63,813 nt of DNA, filler included, from 8 parts of 8 records of this genome joined end to end with filler, not necessarily neighbours in it, one strand, 5' to 3'. Positions 52,222-63,314 are shown, counted from the whole stretch's first letter. Notes: generated by a model from the letters alone, not told the origin. Made by a program: numbers and translations.

Positions 52222-53387
52222 TCAGTCCTCTTCGTCTGTTGTCTGAATCGTAAGCTCTTCTTTTACCTTGACCCCGAGTTCCGGGAATTTCGCCGCCTGG
52301 GAGATGAGGTTCCCTCTGCCCTGGCTGAGCTTGTTTATTGCCTTATCGTAGGAATCTCTGCAATTGTCGATCTGCTGCCCGAGTTTCTCCATGTCCGTGA
52401 CGAAACCCCGTAATTTATCATACAGTGAGCCGGCGCGCTCGGCAATTTCGGCCGCGTTCCTCCCCTGGTGTTCGCGACGCCAGAAATAGGCGATCATTTT
52501 CAGAGTCGCCATCAGCGTTGTAGGGGTAACGATAATCACTTTCTGCGTGTACATCTCTCCGACCAGTTTTTCCTCCTGCTGGACCGCAGCGGAAAACGCC
52601 TGGTCGATGGGGATGAACATCAGTACGAAGTCGAGCGAGCGGATTTTAGTAAGGGAGCTGTAGTCCTTTTTACTCAATGACTTCAGGTGAGTGCGGATCG
52701 ACTTGATGTGCTCCGCAAGGGCTTCACTGCGCTGTTCGTCGTTCTCGGCACCTATGTATCGGGACCAGCTTACCAGGGACACCTTTGAATCGATCACGAT
52801 ATCCTTGTGGTCGGGCAGATGCAGGATTATGTCCGGTTTGAACAGCTTGTTTTCACCGTCCCTGAACCCGGACTGGGTTTCATACTCGTGCCCGTTGCGC
52901 AGGCCGGACTGTTCGAGCAGTCGCTCGAGGACCATCTCTCCCCAGGTTCCCTGCGCCTTGTTGTCGCCGGAGATGGTGCGGGCGAGGTGGGCTGCTTCGT
53001 CGTTGATCCGCTGGTTGAGCTCCCGCAACCTGAGCAGCTCCTGTTTGAGTGAGGAATGGTCGCGAGATTCTTCGAGAAAAATTGTTTCCAGCCGGTCACG
53101 GAAAGCGTGCAACTGTTCACGGTAGGGGGTGAGGAGGATATCGAGCGTTTCGTTGTTTTTGCGAGTCAGGCCGTCTGCCTTTTCGTCGAAGATCTCCCGG
53201 GCGAGGGTTTTGAACTGCAGTCTCATCGTCTCGCTGGTCTGCGAGAGCAGGTCCTGCTGTTGTTCACGGAGCTGAGTCTCCAGGGCCATTCGGTCCTGGA
53301 GACGGGTGTGTTCCCGCTGCAGCCTGTGGTAGCGTCTCTTCCAGTGGGCTGCAATCAGTGCCATGACGATGAAACAGCAGAGCGCCC
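52222..53387 (-). CDS. rmuC: DNA recombination protein RmuC (5'-truncated)
   Basis: QGTWGEMVLE, PDIILHLP, IDSKVSL, DFVLMFIP, VTPTTL, GRGNL. Confidence 0.95.
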
Positions 53388-53487
53388 NNNNNNNNNNNNN
53401 NNNNNNNNNNNNNNNNNNNNNNNNNNNNNNNTTAATTAATTAANNNNNNNNNNNNNNNNNNNNNNNNNNNNNNNNNNNNNNNNNNNN
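53388..53487. other. Artificial contig linker
   Basis: N44-TTAATTAATTAA-N44. Confidence 0.99.
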
Positions 53488-54190
53488 TTTGAAGGGTCAC
53501 GTCCTTGCGCGGCGGGATGTATTTATAGAGTTCCGCTCCCCGTGTCACCTCACGGTAGACATCACCGATCTTCGCGACGACTGTGCCGCCGGCAACTTCC
53601 GTTACCTGAAGCGAGCCGAGGTTGAGCATCATGGTTCCAAGGACAGCGCCGGTCACAGGGTGCTTGACTTCGTCACCCCGTTCGAACAATCCGTAGGTGT
53701 TGCCAACCGTTGCGCTTGATGGGTCGGTCATTTTGACGAACACTGTGTCGTTGGCTGTCAGCAGGACGCGGTTGTCGACCGAGTCAACGACGAGGCCGAG
53801 GGCCTGCTCATCCGCGAGGATAAAGCTGTTGCCACCAACGGCTGCTTTGACGGTCACCAGATTTTCCTGTGGCGCCTGAGCGGCAGGAGCCTCCTGAGTT
53901 TCCTGAGGCGTCTGCTTTTCCGCATAGGCCGGGACGATCTCCAGACGGCCGTCAAGAACCCTTATTTTCTGTCCGGGGAAGATCAGGTGAGGATTGGTGA
54001 TCTCGGGATTCTTGGACCAGATATTGGGCCAGTAGTAGGGATCATCAATAAACTTCTGCGACAGGTCCCAGAGGGTGTCGCCTTTTTTGATGGTATAAAT
54101 CTGACCTTCTGCCGCAGTTGCGGATCCGACCCCTGCAAAAAGCAGAAGCAGGCTCAGCAGTGATAGCCAACGCATAAATGTCCGTGTCAT
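53488..54190 (-). CDS. LysM peptidoglycan-binding protein (3'-truncated)
   Basis: YTIKKGDTLWDLS...WPNIWSKNPEITNPHLIFPGQ. Confidence 0.92.
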
Positions 54191-54223
54191 CAGTTCCCTC
54201 TCAATAGGAGTTTATTGCGTTCG

Positions 54224-54979
54224 TTAGTTCGGTATTGTCCCCCGGTCAATATTGAGTGCTTCCGGGCTTTCAGGAAAACGGTTGAGCAGTTGCTCGGCGA
54301 CATCATCTGCTTCAATGAGCAGTCCCCTGTTTCTGTAGGACTGTTCCAGTAGCTGCAGGGCGGCCGGTGCTTTTGTCTGACCCTTCGGGTCGGAAATAAT
54401 CTGTCGCAGCTGATCCTCGGCCTCGACAGTTTTATTTTGCGATAACTGGGCGTGGGCCATCCAGTAACGAGCATTGGAAACGTACTGGTGATCGGCAAAC
54501 GCGTTGATAAAGTGAGAAAATCCCTGTTCCGCAGCACTCCAACGTCCCGCAGCCAAGTCTGAAAAGGCTGCCAGGTAGGTTGAGGCCGATGCAGCGACCT
54601 CCTGAACTTCCTGAGCACCACTTTGAATCAGCGGGATACTGACCGGCTCGACCTGCTCATCCGGAGTCAGAGCGCTCTGCTCCTGCGGGTCGGATGTCTC
54701 AGTGAATTCACCAGGAATGATCGGTTGACCGGGGCGCTGCGCGGCCAGTTGTTCAATCTGCTGTTTGAGTTGAACGATGATCTGTTCCTGTGCACGTTGC
54801 TGCTGCCTGATCTCTTCAAGCTGTTGCTGAAGGGCTCCGGATGGTGCCAGACCGGTCGCGGCCGGAGCGCAGGCGCTGAGCAAACCAACGCTTGCAGCAA
54901 TCAGCAGCAGGTGACAGAGTGACAAACAATTTTTATGTCTTTGTGATGATCTGTTCTTCAACGAAGTCCCCGCAAACAA
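54224..54979 (-). CDS. YbgF/CpoB-like TPR lipoprotein (start uncertain)
   Basis: Lipobox LSAC, coiled coil, TPR motif NARYWMA...KAPAAL. Confidence 0.8.
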   Translation of the reverse strand: MFAGTSLKNRSSQRHKNCLSLCHLLLIAASVGLLSACAPAATGLAPSGALQQQLEEIRQQQRAQEQIIVQLKQQIEQLAAQRPGQPIIPGEFTETSDPQEQSALTPDEQVEPVSIPLIQSGAQEVQEVAASASTYLAAFSDLAAGRWSAAEQGFSHFINAFADHQYVSNARYWMAHAQLSQNKTVEAEDQLRQIISDPKGQTKAPAALQLLEQSYRNRGLLIEADDVAEQLLNRFPESPEALNIDRGTIPN

Positions 54980-55072
54980 AAATAAATACTAATTTATAAA
55001 AATTATAGAATTCTTAGTAAGTTGTCAAGCTTGAAAGATGAGAAATCTCCAAAATAGGCCGAGTTGGTCCGC

Positions 55073-55759
55073 CTATTCATCTCTTTCAAGACGATAAAGG
55101 ACCCGCTCCGATCCGAGCCTGATCCCTCCTTGCGTTTTATACCTTGCCAGAACGCGTGAAAGGGCCTCTCTGCGGGCTTGCGGCAGTTCCTGATATCCCG
55201 GCAGCTTGTGGACGAGAAAATCATCGACATCGTCAAAATGAAAATCGACCTCAAAGCGATGCTCCAGAGTCAGCGACCACCCGGGCAAAGACTTCATCGC
55301 TGCGAGCGCAGCGGCTTTTTCTTCCGATTCGTCACCGCTGCCGGCGTTGAACTCTCTTTTGATCTCAAGGAAGGTCCCCATCTCCCCCGGTTCAACGACA
55401 ACAATTTTACCACCTTTTTTCAATAAGTCTCCACTGTGGAGCAGATTGCTCTGCATGGCGATTTCAGGAATGTGGTGCAGTGACAGGGTGTAGATGACCA
55501 CATCAAAGGATTTCTCAGGGAGTGAGGGAGTGCCGGAAGGGGTATGGATAAGGGTGATATTGTGATCACGCAAGGCTTCCGTCGCTTGATCAAGCAGGTC
55601 TTTGTTGGCCTCTGTTGCAACGGTACGGGCTGCGTATCCGCTGATGTCGCGCGTCATGCGGCCGTTCCCGCACCCGATTTCGAGCACCGCTTTGTCACCG
55701 AGTGGAACATGGGAGTTGATCGCCTGAATATATTGATTGTCGGGGTCCAGAATCATCAC
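55073..55759 (-). CDS. Class I SAM-dependent methyltransferase
   Basis: VLEIGCGNG, SFDVV...SLHH, LKKGG. Confidence 0.9.
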   Translation of the reverse strand: MMILDPDNQYIQAINSHVPLGDKAVLEIGCGNGRMTRDISGYAARTVATEANKDLLDQATEALRDHNITLIHTPSGTPSLPEKSFDVVIYTLSLHHIPEIAMQSNLLHSGDLLKKGGKIVVVEPGEMGTFLEIKREFNAGSGDESEEKAAALAAMKSLPGWSLTLEHRFEVDFHFDDVDDFLVHKLPGYQELPQARREALSRVLARYKTQGGIRLGSERVLYRLERDE

Positions 55760-55926
55760 TCGGCCTTTCAGGCGGATTGTTTTCAGAGCTTGCTTGTTAT
55801 GATTTGCAGAGATTGTAGCAAAAGCTGTGTCGGAACGTCATTCTTTGTTTGCCCCATTCAGCCCGACGCTCAAGTTGTGTTATGCTGCGCATCCCTTATC
55901 GAATGAACGTATGAAGGAATCGGATT

Positions 55927-57162
55927 GTGGTGAACACTGAGAAACGTCCTGAACTGCTGATGCCGGCAGGGGACATGCAGAAATTGAAGACAGCGATCCG
56001 CTTCGGTGCCGAAGCGGTCTATCTTGGAACCGATGATTTCGGGCTCAGGGCTCATGCCGGAAACTTTTCACTTGAAAAGCTTGCTGAGGCCCGCCGTCTG
56101 ACACGAGATCAAAACGTCGCTCTCTACCTGACGTTGAACGCTTCTTTGAAGCCGGGAGAGTTTGAACGCTTTGAATCTCTGCTTGAGGAGCTCAAGCCTC
56201 TTGGGATTGATGCGTATATTGTTGCTGATCCGGGTGTTTTGATGACGGTCAAGCGTGTTGACCCGGAGCGTTCGGTCCATATTTCAACCCAGGCCAACAG
56301 CTGCAATCCGGAGACGGCTGAGTTCTGGCGTCTCAATGGTGCCAACAGGATTAACCTGGCCCGTGAGTTGAGTCTGCAGGATATTCGGGCGTTCAGGGAG
56401 CGCACCTCCATCGAGCTTGAGTGCTTTGTCCACGGGGCTATGTGTGTCGCGCACTCGGGCCGATGTCTTCTGTCGACGGCATTGATGGATCGCAGCGCGA
56501 ATCGTGGAGACTGTGCTCAGCCCTGCCGCTGGAATTATTCCCTGGTGGAAGAGACGCGCCCGGATGAAAGTTTTACCATCGAAGAGGATCAGCGCGGAAC
56601 CTACATTATGAACAGTCGCGACCTCTGCCTGGTTGATCAGCTGCCGGAGTTGATCGATATCGGTGTGGACAGTTTCAAGGTCGAGGGGCGGATGAAAAGC
56701 CTCTATTATGTCGCGACAGCCGCACGTGTCTATCGGGACGCTATCGATCGGCTCTGGAATGATCGGCAGGATATCGATCCCGCCTGGCGGTGCGAATTGG
56801 AGAAGGTCAGCCACCGCCCGTATGACACCGGGTTCTTTTATGGCGATGAGGATGCAAAGATCCACGCCTCCGATACGCACTATGTCCGTACGCATGATTT
56901 TGTCGGTTTTGTCCGCAGAAATGAATTGGGCGACCTCTGGGTTGAGGGGCGTAACCGCTTCAGGGTCGGAGAAACGGTTGAATTGATCGGACCGCAGATG
57001 CGCCAGCAGGAGTTCCGGATCGATCAGCTGACAACCTGTGCCGGAGAGTCGGTTTCGGCCGGGCATGCCAACTCCAGGCTGGTTCTTGACCTGCCTGATT
57101 GGGCCGATGAAGGTGACCTGATCCGGCGGGAGCGGCCGGAAGAAGAGAGAACGCACGGATGA
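55927..57162 (+). CDS. Peptidase U32 family protein (TrhP/YegQ-like tRNA hydroxylation)
   Basis: PELLMPAG, HISTQA, LARELS, E.FVHGAMCVAHSGRC, CAQPCR, KVEGRMK. Confidence 0.92.
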   Translation: MVNTEKRPELLMPAGDMQKLKTAIRFGAEAVYLGTDDFGLRAHAGNFSLEKLAEARRLTRDQNVALYLTLNASLKPGEFERFESLLEELKPLGIDAYIVADPGVLMTVKRVDPERSVHISTQANSCNPETAEFWRLNGANRINLARELSLQDIRAFRERTSIELECFVHGAMCVAHSGRCLLSTALMDRSANRGDCAQPCRWNYSLVEETRPDESFTIEEDQRGTYIMNSRDLCLVDQLPELIDIGVDSFKVEGRMKSLYYVATAARVYRDAIDRLWNDRQDIDPAWRCELEKVSHRPYDTGFFYGDEDAKIHASDTHYVRTHDFVGFVRRNELGDLWVEGRNRFRVGETVELIGPQMRQQEFRIDQLTTCAGESVSAGHANSRLVLDLPDWADEGDLIRRERPEEERTHG

Positions 57163-58403
57163 AACTGACGCTGATCGTACTGTATCTTCTGGTGTCTATG
57201 GCCCGCTTTGGCCTCGACTGGCTCAACCTGAAGCATCGCCAGAAGGAGCATCCTCCTCTGCCGGACATTTTTTCCGGCCAGATTGATGAGCAGCGGCTCA
57301 AGCGCAGTGATGCCTATGCTCTCGCTGGAGATAAACTCGGTCTGGTCGAGGACCTGACCGGCGTCGTGCTGACCTTTGGATTTCTCTTTACCGGTGTTTT
57401 CCCCTGGTATGATCGTTGGGTGTCCAGCCTGTCCGATCACTTCGTTGTCTCCGGGCTGATTTTTTTCGGATTGTTGCTGTTGGCCCAGATGGTGGTTGGT
57501 CTGCCTTTTTCGCTGTACCGGAATTTTGTTATTGAAGAACGCTTTGGGTTTAACCGGATGACGCTGAAGCTGTGGTGCACAGACCTACTCAAGTCCTTGG
57601 CCATCGGTTCGGTTCTGTTTGTCCTGCTGGCCGGAGGTGCTCTGTGGCTGGTCGTTCTGGCGTCGACCAGCTGGTGGCTCTGGGTCTGGGGCTTCTGGGC
57701 GCTGGTCTCACTGTTTCTGCTTTATCTGTCTCCTTACCTGATCGAACCTCTGTTCTTCAAATTTTCCCCGTTGGAGAAGGAAGGGCTGGACGATGGTGTC
57801 CGTGAGCTGCTGGCCAAAACCGGCCTCACCGCCGGAAAGATTCTGCAGGTGGACGCATCGCGACGCAGCGGCCACAGCAACGCGTATTTCACCGGGATCG
57901 GAAAAGTCAAACGGGTTGTGCTGTTCGATACGCTGATGGAGCAATTGAAAAACGAAGAGCTTCTTGCGGTGCTTGCCCATGAACTGGGGCACTGGCGCTG
58001 CGGGCATCTGCGACAGCAGTTGATCAAAACACAACTGGTTGCCGGTGTCAGTTGCTGGCTGGCGTTTACGCTTCTCTCTTCAGATATCTTGCCCGGTCTG
58101 CTCGGATTGGAGACGCTGTCTTTCGCCGGGGGTGTTTTTCTCCTCGGCTGGTTGATGTCACTGGTCGGTTTCTTCTGGACGCCGATCAGCAGCTGGTGGT
58201 CGCGCCGCCATGAGCGTCAGGCTGACCAGTTTGCCATCGATCTGGTTGGCGGCGGCGAACTGCTGGCCTCCGGACTGGTGAAGCTGGCTCGTGAAAACCT
58301 GAGCAATCTGTTTCCACACCCGCTGTACAGCGCGATCTATTATTCGCATCCGCCCATTGTCGAGCGGGTGGAGTGGTTGCTGGGGCGCAGGAAGGGGCAC
58401 TGA
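57159..58403 (+). CDS. M48 (Ste24-like) metallopeptidase
   Basis: IEERFGFN, DASRRS.HSNAYFTG, AHELGH, ERQAD, YSHPP. Confidence 0.95.
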   Translation: MKLTLIVLYLLVSMARFGLDWLNLKHRQKEHPPLPDIFSGQIDEQRLKRSDAYALAGDKLGLVEDLTGVVLTFGFLFTGVFPWYDRWVSSLSDHFVVSGLIFFGLLLLAQMVVGLPFSLYRNFVIEERFGFNRMTLKLWCTDLLKSLAIGSVLFVLLAGGALWLVVLASTSWWLWVWGFWALVSLFLLYLSPYLIEPLFFKFSPLEKEGLDDGVRELLAKTGLTAGKILQVDASRRSGHSNAYFTGIGKVKRVVLFDTLMEQLKNEELLAVLAHELGHWRCGHLRQQLIKTQLVAGVSCWLAFTLLSSDILPGLLGLETLSFAGGVFLLGWLMSLVGFFWTPISSWWSRRHERQADQFAIDLVGGGELLASGLVKLARENLSNLFPHPLYSAIYYSHPPIVERVEWLLGRRKGH

Positions 58404-58442
58404 ATTCAGCCGTAAGTACGACCGGTTGGAAAGGGACGTAAC

Positions 58443-58473
58443 GCCGTTGCCAGTTTCTGGCCGAACGGCAAAA
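58443..58473. terminator. Hairpin downstream of the M48 gene
   Basis: GCCGTTGCCAG-ttt-CTGGC(cg)AACGGC followed by A5, so the U-tract is on the minus strand. Confidence 0.4.
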
Positions 58474-58550
58474 ATCGAACCGATAACCAAAATAAAGGCT
58501 GTATAGCCACTAAGGCTCCAAGGGCACGAAGAGAATCTTAAAATTCATTC

Positions 58551-58661
58551 TTAACGCAAAGACACAGATTCACAGAGAATGTCCAAAAGCGATCTTTAGG
58601 TTTTTAGACCTTTTGAAAGCAAATTTTGATTTTTCTCTTCGCCTCAGTGGCTCTCCGTTAA
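58551..58661. repeat. Degenerate inverted REP pair (REPIN-like)
   Basis: TTAACGCAAAGACACAGATTCACAGAGA versus the reverse complement of the right arm, TTAACGGAGAGCCACTGAGGCGAAGAGA. Confidence 0.55.
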
Positions 58662-58681
58662 AATGCTTTTGCCTGTGTTTT

Positions 58682-58781
58682 NNNNNNNNNNNNNNNNNNN
58701 NNNNNNNNNNNNNNNNNNNNNNNNNTTAATTAATTAANNNNNNNNNNNNNNNNNNNNNNNNNNNNNNNNNNNNNNNNNNNN
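58682..58781. other. Artificial contig linker
   Basis: N44-TTAATTAATTAA-N44. Confidence 0.99.
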
Positions 58782-59568
58782 GGGGGCGACTCCTTCCGGC
58801 TTGCCGGAATGGGATGAGTTCAGGGGCTATAAACTCGCCGACGTCGTCGACTGGGTAACACCGTACTTGCGGGGTGCGCCGCTGGAGCTGTCAATCGTAG
58901 GCGATCTGGATGTTGATCTGATGACAGAGCTGGCGGGGAAGTATTTCGGATCCCTGCAGCCCAGAGACTACCGTCCGGATATCGTCACGTCTGCCGACTT
59001 TCCTGCAGGGAGGGAGTATCGGGTCGAGATCGATTCCACCATCGACAAGGTGCTGGTAAAATACGGCTGGCTGACGGATGATGACCGGGACCACTCGAGA
59101 TCACGGCGACTCCATGTCCTGGCGGCGGTCCTGGAAGAGCGAGTGCGGCAGCTGATGCGCGAGGAGCTCGGAAAGTCCTACTCACCGGCGGCTTACAGTG
59201 AAACAAGCCGGATTTATCCCGGGTACGGTGCGATCTATGCGGAGGTGCTGGTTGACCGGGCTTCGATCAATATCGCCCGTGATGCACTTGCCTCTATCGG
59301 CCACTCCTTTTCGTCGAAACCGATCGATGAGGAGGAGCTGGAGCGGGCGCGAGAACCGATCGTAGCTGATCTAATGGAGTCGATCAGGACCAACGGCTAC
59401 TGGCTTCATTCGGTGTTGTCACTGTCATCGCGGGACAGCCGGCAGCTGGAGTGGCCGCTCACGCTTATATCTGATTTCGACTCGGTGACGAGTGATCAGC
59501 TGAACGATCTTGCCCGCAGCTATCTGCAGGATTCGCGCCGCGGTGTCGGGATCGCCGTGACGCACTGA
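58782..59568 (+). CDS. M16 (PqqL-like) peptidase, C-terminal part
   Basis: LSIVGD, MREELGKSYSP, EELERAREP, TNGYWL. Confidence 0.85.
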
Positions 59569-59617
59569 AGACCGAAGATGATCCTGAAGCGGTTGAACGG
59601 CGACAGGGGGAATCCGA

Positions 59618-60352
59618 CTACCGGGCAACACCGTTCTTGCGGACGATGATCGTCGAGTAGTAGTGGGGCTGCCCTTCAATTGCCTCCAGTGATTTGAACG
59701 CTTTTTCCCGGTCGGTTCCGGCCCGTTCCACAAGGGTTGAGTGATCCAGCAGCGATTCCGTCTGGAGCAGCGCGATCAGGCGGTCGAGAACGCGATGTAC
59801 CTTCATCAGCACAATCGTATCGAAGCGGACCAGAATATCCCGGAGTCGCTCATCCGAGAAGGTTGCGGGGACCACCGCCACCATTTCATCCCCGAGGCAG
59901 ATCGGTTCGGCCAGCGATGCGGAGCAGCTGCTCATCGCGGGGATCCCGGGCACAAAAGACACGTGGACGTCGGGCCTGAGTTCACAGATGGTATCGTAAA
60001 GATAGTACCCGGTCGAATAGATCGCAGGGTCGCCCAGGGTTGGAAAACAGACATCTCGGCCCAGGTCAAGGTGGGACAGGACCAGATCGGCGGCGTGATG
60101 CCAGGCTTCTCTGACTTCAGGATCGGTCTTCTCCCCTCTCGGGACTTTTTTCATGGGAAAATGGGCCCTGATAATTGTTTTGTCTGCGGTATCAACGACC
60201 GCCTCGACAATGGAAAGTGCGGTAGACTCACCGTTTACTGAGCCGCGCGGGGCGATGATCACCGGGCTGTTCTTTACCACCTCAGCGGCTTTAAGTGTCA
60301 GGAGCTGAGGGTCTCCGGGACCGGTTCCGACGATATGCAGGGTTCCGTTCAT
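59618..60352 (-). CDS. cbiL: Precorrin-2/cobalt-factor II C20-methyltransferase
   Basis: VGTGPGDPQLLTLKA, HFPM, TLGDPAIYST, PGIPA, VLMKV, YYSTIIV. Confidence 0.93.
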   Translation of the reverse strand: MNGTLHIVGTGPGDPQLLTLKAAEVVKNSPVIIAPRGSVNGESTALSIVEAVVDTADKTIIRAHFPMKKVPRGEKTDPEVREAWHHAADLVLSHLDLGRDVCFPTLGDPAIYSTGYYLYDTICELRPDVHVSFVPGIPAMSSCSASLAEPICLGDEMVAVVPATFSDERLRDILVRFDTIVLMKVHRVLDRLIALLQTESLLDHSTLVERAGTDREKAFKSLEAIEGQPHYYSTIIVRKNGVAR

Positions 60353-60363
60353 GGTTGCTTGTT

Positions 60364-61305
60364 CTACGATAGAGGTTGGTGATGGATTAACTGCTGAATC
60401 TGCCTGATACCTTCCAGCAGTCTGATAGTGGGGCGTGATACCAGATCTTCGTCGATCAGGTATACCCGGTTTTCACGAACTGCCTTGATTGCGCCGAACC
60501 CGGGTTCGTTGACGATCTCATCGACGGTGATGCGGTTCATTCTGCCGGACTGGGCGAGGAAGACGTCGATTTCGTGAGATTTGGCGAGGATTCGTTCTTT
60601 GCTGTATCCGGCGATGTTCGTACCGTGCCGGGAAGTTGCGTCGGCGGCGATATTGATGCCGCCGGCTGCCTGGAGCGTAAACATGGAGATCGAATCCGGG
60701 GAGAAGGTCCGCATGCGTGCATGGATCGACTCAAAATAGACGTGGGGACGCAGTGACGGTTCCATATTTTGCTGGCCTCGTCTGATTTTTTCGAGTTCTT
60801 CTTTGAAGTCGGCGATCATCTTTTCTGCTTCCTTCCCCGTTCCGCTTATTCTGCCAAGTGCATGCCAGTAAGGGTACAACTCGTCGAATGAGGTCGGCTG
60901 CAGGGAGATGATGCGGATACCGTAATCTCGGAGTTTCTCGATGAGGTCGGGCCTGGACCGCTCTATCATCGGCCGGATGAGGATACAGTCCGGGGCAGCC
61001 GCGATAAACTTCTCAAGTGAGTCATGGTGGGAGAAACGCGCTGCGGAACGTGTCGATTCAGAGACCGTGTCCGATTTTGAAATGCCGAGCAGAGATGATG
61101 CGGCCCCGAGGTTGACAAGATTTTCGGTGTGAGCGGGGTAGAGTGATATGATCCGGGACGCCGGCTGCTCAAAGTGGTGGACGGTTCCGCCGTTGTCCAC
61201 GATTTCAACGGATGCTGCGCTCAGGGGGAGGCACAGCAGCAGGTAGACCACCGGGTACAGCAGGGCGCTGATGAGGGGGAGGTGGAAGCGTCGGGTCTGT
61301 AGCAT
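60364..61305 (-). CDS. BtuF-like periplasmic binding protein
   Basis: RIISLYPAHTENL, AVRENRVY...VSRP.RL. Confidence 0.88.
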   Translation of the reverse strand: MLQTRRFHLPLISALLYPVVYLLLCLPLSAASVEIVDNGGTVHHFEQPASRIISLYPAHTENLVNLGAASSLLGISKSDTVSESTRSAARFSHHDSLEKFIAAAPDCILIRPMIERSRPDLIEKLRDYGIRIISLQPTSFDELYPYWHALGRISGTGKEAEKMIADFKEELEKIRRGQQNMEPSLRPHVYFESIHARMRTFSPDSISMFTLQAAGGINIAADATSRHGTNIAGYSKERILAKSHEIDVFLAQSGRMNRITVDEIVNEPGFGAIKAVRENRVYLIDEDLVSRPTIRLLEGIRQIQQLIHHQPLS

Positions 61306-61317
61306 TATGAAAACCTG

Positions 61318-62092
61318 TCAGTGGGAATAGTGGTAAAAGAGCTGGTGATCGCCGTGTTCGCGCTCAACCAGGTCTGCAGACACGTTGTAAATATCCGCAA
61401 TAAGATCACTGTTGATGACCTCTTCTGCCTTGCCGAACTGGTACACCTGACCGTCGCGCAGCACAATGACCCTGTCGCAGAAGGCCAGCGCCATGTTCAG
61501 GTCATGCAGTGCCGCGAGTATCGTTTTGCCGTCGGTGCTCAAATTTTTCAGGCTCTTCATGATGGAGATCGAGTGATTGATGTCCAGGTTGGCGGTACCT
61601 TCGTCGAGCAGGATGTATTCGGTGTCCTGGGCCAGGGCCCTGGCGATCGTCACCCGCTGCTTCTCCCCCTGAGAGCTGCCTGATGGACCGCTGCGACAGT
61701 CTGGTTATCTCAAGCATTTCAAGAGCGTTATGCACATATTCATGGTCATCTTTCGAGGGCTGGGAAAAACGGCCGATGTGCGGGTGACGCCCCATCAGCA
61801 CGGTATCATAGACACTGAAGTCGAAGTTGAACGTAATTGCCTGGGGAACCAGAGTCAGCAGGCTGGCGAGAGATGAACGGCGGTAGCGACTCACTGCTCT
61901 CCCGTCAAGTGTGACGGATCCGCTCTGTGGCTGCAGGTATCCCGAGATAAGGTCGAGAAGGGTTGATTTACCGCTCCCGTTCGGACCGATCAATCCGTAA
62001 AACCCGCCCTTGTCGAGATGGAAGCCGACCGACTCCAGGCAGCGCGTGCCGGAATAGCCGAAATTGACGTTGTCGAGGACGATTCCGCTCAT
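61318..62092 (-). CDS. BtuD/FecE-like ABC ATPase (frameshift at 61665-61669)
   Basis: GPNGSGKST, MGRHPH, LSGGE-[KQRV]TIARALAQ, LLDEGTANLD, HDLN. Confidence 0.92.
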
Positions 62093-62093
62093 C

Positions 62094-63167
62094 TCAGCGC
62101 CATCTCTGCAATTGGTTTTTCCTGAATATATAGCAGAACACCGGTCCGCCGATCAGGGCGGTCAGAACGCCGATGGGTATTTCGGTCGGTAGAAAGACCC
62201 TGGTCACCGTATCGGCACCGAGCAGCAGGATGCATCCGCACAGAAAACTGCAGGGGATCAGAAGTCGGTTGCCGGGGCCGAGAATCATCCGGACGAAGTG
62301 CGGGATGATCAGCCCGACGAATCCGATGATGCCGGATACGGCCACACAGGCAGACGTGGCAAGCGATGCGATGATAAGGATCAGTTTCCTGACCCGGCCG
62401 GTCTCGATTCCGAGCGAGTCAGAAACACGGTCGCCGAACGTCATGATGTCGAGTTCGCGGGCAAACAGCAGCAACACGCCGGAGCAGGGGAGAACAATGA
62501 CTGCCAGCAGGAGAACGTCAATCCAGTCTTTGCCGATGAAACTGCCCATCAGCCAGAAGATGATCGCGTTGACCTGCTCGTCGGCGAGAAACTTGATCAG
62601 GCTGATACCGGCCGAGAGTATAGCGGATATAATGATGCCGGACAGGATCAGGCTGTTGGACGAAAACCGGCTGGCCGGGCCGACCAGGGAGAAGACCGCC
62701 GTCAATGTCAGCATTGCTCCGATAAAGGCATTGAGAGGGATGAGCAGGGGGGCAGGGAGTGATACTCCCCAGATCAGCAGCAAAATGGACATGGACGCGC
62801 CGAATGCGGCGCCCGAAGAGATACCAAGGGTATAGGGGTCGGCAAGCGGGTTCTGCAGGAGTGACTGGAAGACACATCCTGCCACTGCAAGGCCGCCGCC
62901 GACGAGGACGGCGGTCAGGATGCGCGGTAGCCGGACCTCCATGATGACGAATGAATAGCTCGTATCAATCTGTTCCGGAAGTGTTGATCCGAATTGAGAG
63001 AAAATGATCTGCAGGATGTCGCCCGGCGAGATAGCTATATAGCCAAGACCTGCGGACATGATGATCGACAGAATAAGAACGGCCGCAAGCGGGAGAAGAA
63101 TCCAGGTCTTTCTTCCCGTTGCTGCGGGTTCGGCTGGAGGTGCACTGTTCTGTTGATCAACGGTCAT
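62094..63167 (-). CDS. BtuC/FecCD-family ABC permease
   Basis: VRLPR, QNPLADPYTLGISSGA, FWLMGS, GIIGFVGLIIPH, EIPIG. Confidence 0.95.
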   Translation of the reverse strand: MTVDQQNSAPPAEPAATGRKTWILLPLAAVLILSIIMSAGLGYIAISPGDILQIIFSQFGSTLPEQIDTSYSFVIMEVRLPRILTAVLVGGGLAVAGCVFQSLLQNPLADPYTLGISSGAAFGASMSILLLIWGVSLPAPLLIPLNAFIGAMLTLTAVFSLVGPASRFSSNSLILSGIIISAILSAGISLIKFLADEQVNAIIFWLMGSFIGKDWIDVLLLAVIVLPCSGVLLLFARELDIMTFGDRVSDSLGIETGRVRKLILIIASLATSACVAVSGIIGFVGLIIPHFVRMILGPGNRLLIPCSFLCGCILLLGADTVTRVFLPTEIPIGVLTALIGGPVFCYIFRKNQLQRWR

Positions 63168-63225
63168 AAGAGTTATTAACCTGCGGTGCCGGTCACATTG
63201 TTTCTCCGAGTGCCGGGACCGGCAT

Positions 63226-63259
63226 AAAAAATCCCCGGATCAGTGTCTGATCCGGGGAT
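63226..63259 (-). terminator. Intrinsic terminator in the riboswitch expression platform
   Basis: Perfect 13-bp stem ATCCCCGGATCAG-tgt-CTGATCCGGGGAT with a U-tract on the minus strand. Confidence 0.85.
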
Positions 63260-63314
63260 GCCCTGTTGTCCTCGTCTCGTAATGGTGGGCCCCCTGCCAT
63301 GGGTAATCACCAGC

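Noticed and set aside
5557..58781. Recurrent TTAATTAATTAA motif as a biological repeat
   Set aside because: Always centred in an exact 100-bp N spacer; it is an artificial six-frame stop linker
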